A DNA stretch of 64,000 nucleotides, from contig NW_026515691.1 in the NCBI RefSeq assembly GCF_025526975.1, positions 248,001 to 312,000 of the forward strand, written 5' to 3'. The notes under the pieces are model-generated. The model did not search any database. It was not told the DNA's origin and worked only from the letters and a program-made list of their open reading frames with translations. This DNA comes from Fimicolochytrium jonesii (lineage: Eukaryota). The position numbers and the translations under genes were made by a program. Positions 60,930-64,000 of the stretch are shown here, one piece after another (the stretch's first letter is position 1; each line of letters opens with the position of its first letter).

Positions 60930-63900
60930 CAGAATGTAGGGAATGCTGTTTGGAAGGCATTGATCAGACTCGGCGATGCGAGCGCTGATGGTAACCTCAC
61001 TCTAAGTTCTCTAAACCAGCGAGCGGGGGTAAGTGGAAGGGACTGGAAGGAACCCAATGTCAGCGCAATGATGGTAGGGCGGCTCGGCTTGCTGCAACCC
61101 CGATGGAAGAAGGGAGGAGTCGGAAGGCGCAAAGAAGGTGTCGGCGGTTGAGTCCACCGAGGATGTGAAGGTTGCTCTTGCTGCTCGTTGCAGGCCCTTG
61201 AGAGATGATGCCGGGGGTTTGCGCGAGTCCGGCAGAAGGGGCGAGACGGAGGCGACAGCGATAACTTGGCTTTGGTACACGTATTGAGATATGGAAAAAG
61301 GTTGTTGTGGAGAGATGGTGGTGCGGACTACAGGTGCACGCTGGCACGTTCCTAACACGGTCTTCAGTGTCGATAGCGCTCTCTGAACACCTTTAACCCA
61401 AATTGAATCAAACCGGCAAGTCCGAGAGGGGCGTTGGTTTACAAGATTCCTACATTCTCAACACTTCTAGCTGAAGGCCGGCAGATGTGTGTTGCACCCA
61501 CCGATTTCGCGCAAAGGCATCCAAATTGATCATAAAGCTTGCACTCATGGCGTCGCATGTACCTGACCCAGCTCTCCAAATGCTCCTTATCACCACAAAA
61601 CCACTCCGGGCGCCAAACGTCCAGTGTCGTACCGGCATATCCCACATTCCTATCGGAGTTTGTTCTTGCTTTCCGAGCCCTATATCACGTCAAAAAGTGT
61701 CAGTCGCGGTGTTGAATTTGGGTGCCTGAAGGGACCCTTGTTCTGGCGCATTCAATTTTGCCCATACCAGGGACGGCGCGTACTGGCGAACCCACGGTAA
61801 CCAGTCACTTGAGCTAAAACGAATTCATCCCGAGGTCCACCAACCAAAGGCGACGCGTTTTGCTTGGCTAGTCGTGTCGGTGTTCCCCTGCGTCTCCTTG
61901 TGGATATGGCCGTGCTCCTGGAGTCCTCAGGTGAATTCTCTTGAATTCGACCATGTATGCAACAATGCTCCATGAGTGTAGGCGAATCCAGTGTGCGTAC
62001 GTACATATGTGCGGTGCCAACGTCTGCATGCCTGATGAGTCTTTGATGCACGTATGCACGTCGAGTCGTCGTCCAACTTTCACTGAATCGATGACACGCT
62101 GAAAGTAGTTGCCTTGCGCATGGACGGTGGCATCCAGTTAGCCGCTCTTCGTCGTACATCCATGCGTATGCACCGATGCTACACAGCATTTGTTCCATTT
62201 TGCCTGAAGGTTAGCTGCACCGCAAGGGAGAGGCGGCACGGAGAAGTTTCTGGGGCAACTGGCATGGGTCGCCACCACGTCGTGAGGGTGCTTCCGGTGA
62301 GGCTTGGCTTCCTCCTGCGTGCTCCACAGCATCGCCGTCTCTACCGCTTCAAAACCGTCTGGTATACGAAGCCAACTTCTACCAGGTCCGGTGCGTAGTG
62401 TCAGAACGGCCACTGTAGGTGAAGCCCTTCAAGCATCTCCTCAGCCGCATCGCGGTGCACCGTATGTCAGTGGAGACCGCGGACGTCGTGGTACGCTGAC
62501 CACATGTTGGTGAGAGCGCTTCTTGAAGTTCCGGAAACGACGTTCCAAAGCTATCCTGACGTCCGTTGCGTTCGATTATGGCGTTGCGCGACAGATTCTC
62601 CTGAAGCCCGCAAGACCGAGTGGTCTTGTCGAGCATTTCTTCAAGCGTCTCCTCAGTTCTTTGCCTCAGACTCCCTGCGGATGTTCGTTTCGGATGAGCG
62701 GCTGGTCGGGCAGTGAGTATGCGAGGGCAATCTGGGCGCACGAAGCCCGCCACGTACAACGGGGTCGATGCCTGTGAAGGCTGTCTGCGGACATGGCCGT
62801 CGATCTACACACGCTCGCGCCGAGGGTGAGACTGTGGGGCGCTCTGATTTTTCAGTCGACGCATGAGCGTTGATCTAGGTGTGAAGATTCCGGACTGGAA
62901 GTGAACATCGGGCGATCCGTTTGTATCTCACGACCAGCATGAGCGTTGGTCTTCATTTTGAGGGGTCGTATTAGACGTGAGAGTGTTGATCCGTAATGGT
63001 GGTGCATCTATCGCACAAAGAACGGGATCCGGCGACCAAGACCATGCATCGACGCTGTAGGCAAGCTGCACTGAATTAGCCCTATGTGTTCACAATGATG
63101 ATGGCACTCTACTTATGGGTCAAATTGTCTCAGGTATGAGAGAGGTGTACTCGCAATAGTGTGCGCTGGAGTAACTATCTTCAGCTGACGCTTTGATGCA
63201 TGTTTGCTGATCGTACCAACTGGAAGGAAACTTGAGACAGATCCGGTGCTATGAAACTGCGACATCGCTAAAGAATACCGTACCAGAAAGACAGGCAGTG
63301 GACCATCAGCACTCAAGAATTTAAGCTTGGTCCCAGAGGAGGTTGCGTCTTTGGCCGGTCGTTCCGACTCTTTACTTCTAAACGCTTGGACCCCTGCCGC
63401 CCGAAGCCAGTCGTCGTCCTACTATACATGCAGTGCAAGGGAGCTCCGATTACAATGGAACTTGGTTACCAACGTTTTCTATGAGTTATCAGACAGCTCT
63501 GCACGTCCGTGTGCTTATTGCGCATGCAGTTTGGATATCTGGTTCATGGTGGTGTCCCCGTTTCCCTGGGAAAATGACAGCAGGAATGACAGTACGCGAA
63601 TCTTCGAAAGCCAATCGTTTGGATCTGGGCATGGACGCAACCTGCATCTGGACGGACAAGGGAAAAGATGAAACTGTGGCATTGGCATTCATTGATCAGA
63701 AGATTCCAAAAACTGTGAGCAAGTCGTCCGGTTTCCGACTTGCAAGGTTTCCATTATTTTGACGTTTCCTTCTAAATTCGACGACAGGCCAGCCAAGGCA
63801 GAGCCAGAACTCGTGGAAGTACGCTGAGCCTCAGGGATTCGTGATGAGAATTCATGTCGAAACAAAACGGCGGCCCATTGGTTTTCAGGGTAGGTTGTGC

Positions 63901-64000
63901 TAGTTCATGTGTCGACTTCAGAAGGCAGCGCGATCTGCCCTGTGCGTTGCGAGAACTTGCGACCCGTCAGAAGCCAGAAATTTCAACTCTGTCGAAACTC

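Noticed and set aside
61868..62083. Helitron Rep-like motif (AYMVEFKR)
   Set aside because: The following GxxHxH motif and any helicase motifs are absent.
1..64000. tRNA, rRNA, CRISPR-Cas or prokaryotic defence systems
   Set aside because: None was recognised by eye and the DNA is spliceosomal-intron-rich and eukaryotic. A tRNAscan-SE/Infernal run would be needed to exclude small RNAs.

Overview
This is gene-dense eukaryotic nuclear DNA with short GT-AG introns (mostly ~50-110 nt) and CTAAC/CTGAC branch points. It is fungal, and most likely a zoosporic (chytrid-like) lineage. That is an inference from fungal-type OSH, fimbrin and allantoicase genes occurring together with animal-like LAMTOR3, ZW10 and a KIF12/kinesin-16-like motor. 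Positions 1-52.2 kb hold about 22 intron-containing genes: WS/DGAT, NRAMP, an atypical Rab7-like GTPase, LAMTOR3, an orphan multi-pass membrane protein, an ankyrin-PH-OSBP protein, a BTB protein, ZW10, an AN1 zinc finger, a kinesin, an N-BAR/SH3 protein, a bestrophin-like channel, fimbrin, GST, allantoicase, mitochondrial RRF, Ser/Thr dehydratase, an IDO-like heme protein, an NmrA-like reductase and ThrRS. Positions 52.4-64 kb look accessory: a possibly disrupted gene, a large disordered protein and degenerate sequence. I saw no CRISPR array, rRNA, tRNA or intact transposase. I cannot claim a proven new system. The best leads are a Rab7-like GTPase with a ~320-aa insertion inside the G domain, a hairpin-rich inverted-repeat element in its intron, a Cys/His module on the BAR-SH3 tail, a repeating C-rich-to-G-rich compositional wave, and an X-box-like site at the kinesin start. 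Exon boundaries were read by eye and may be off by a few bases; family calls come from remembered motifs, not database searches.
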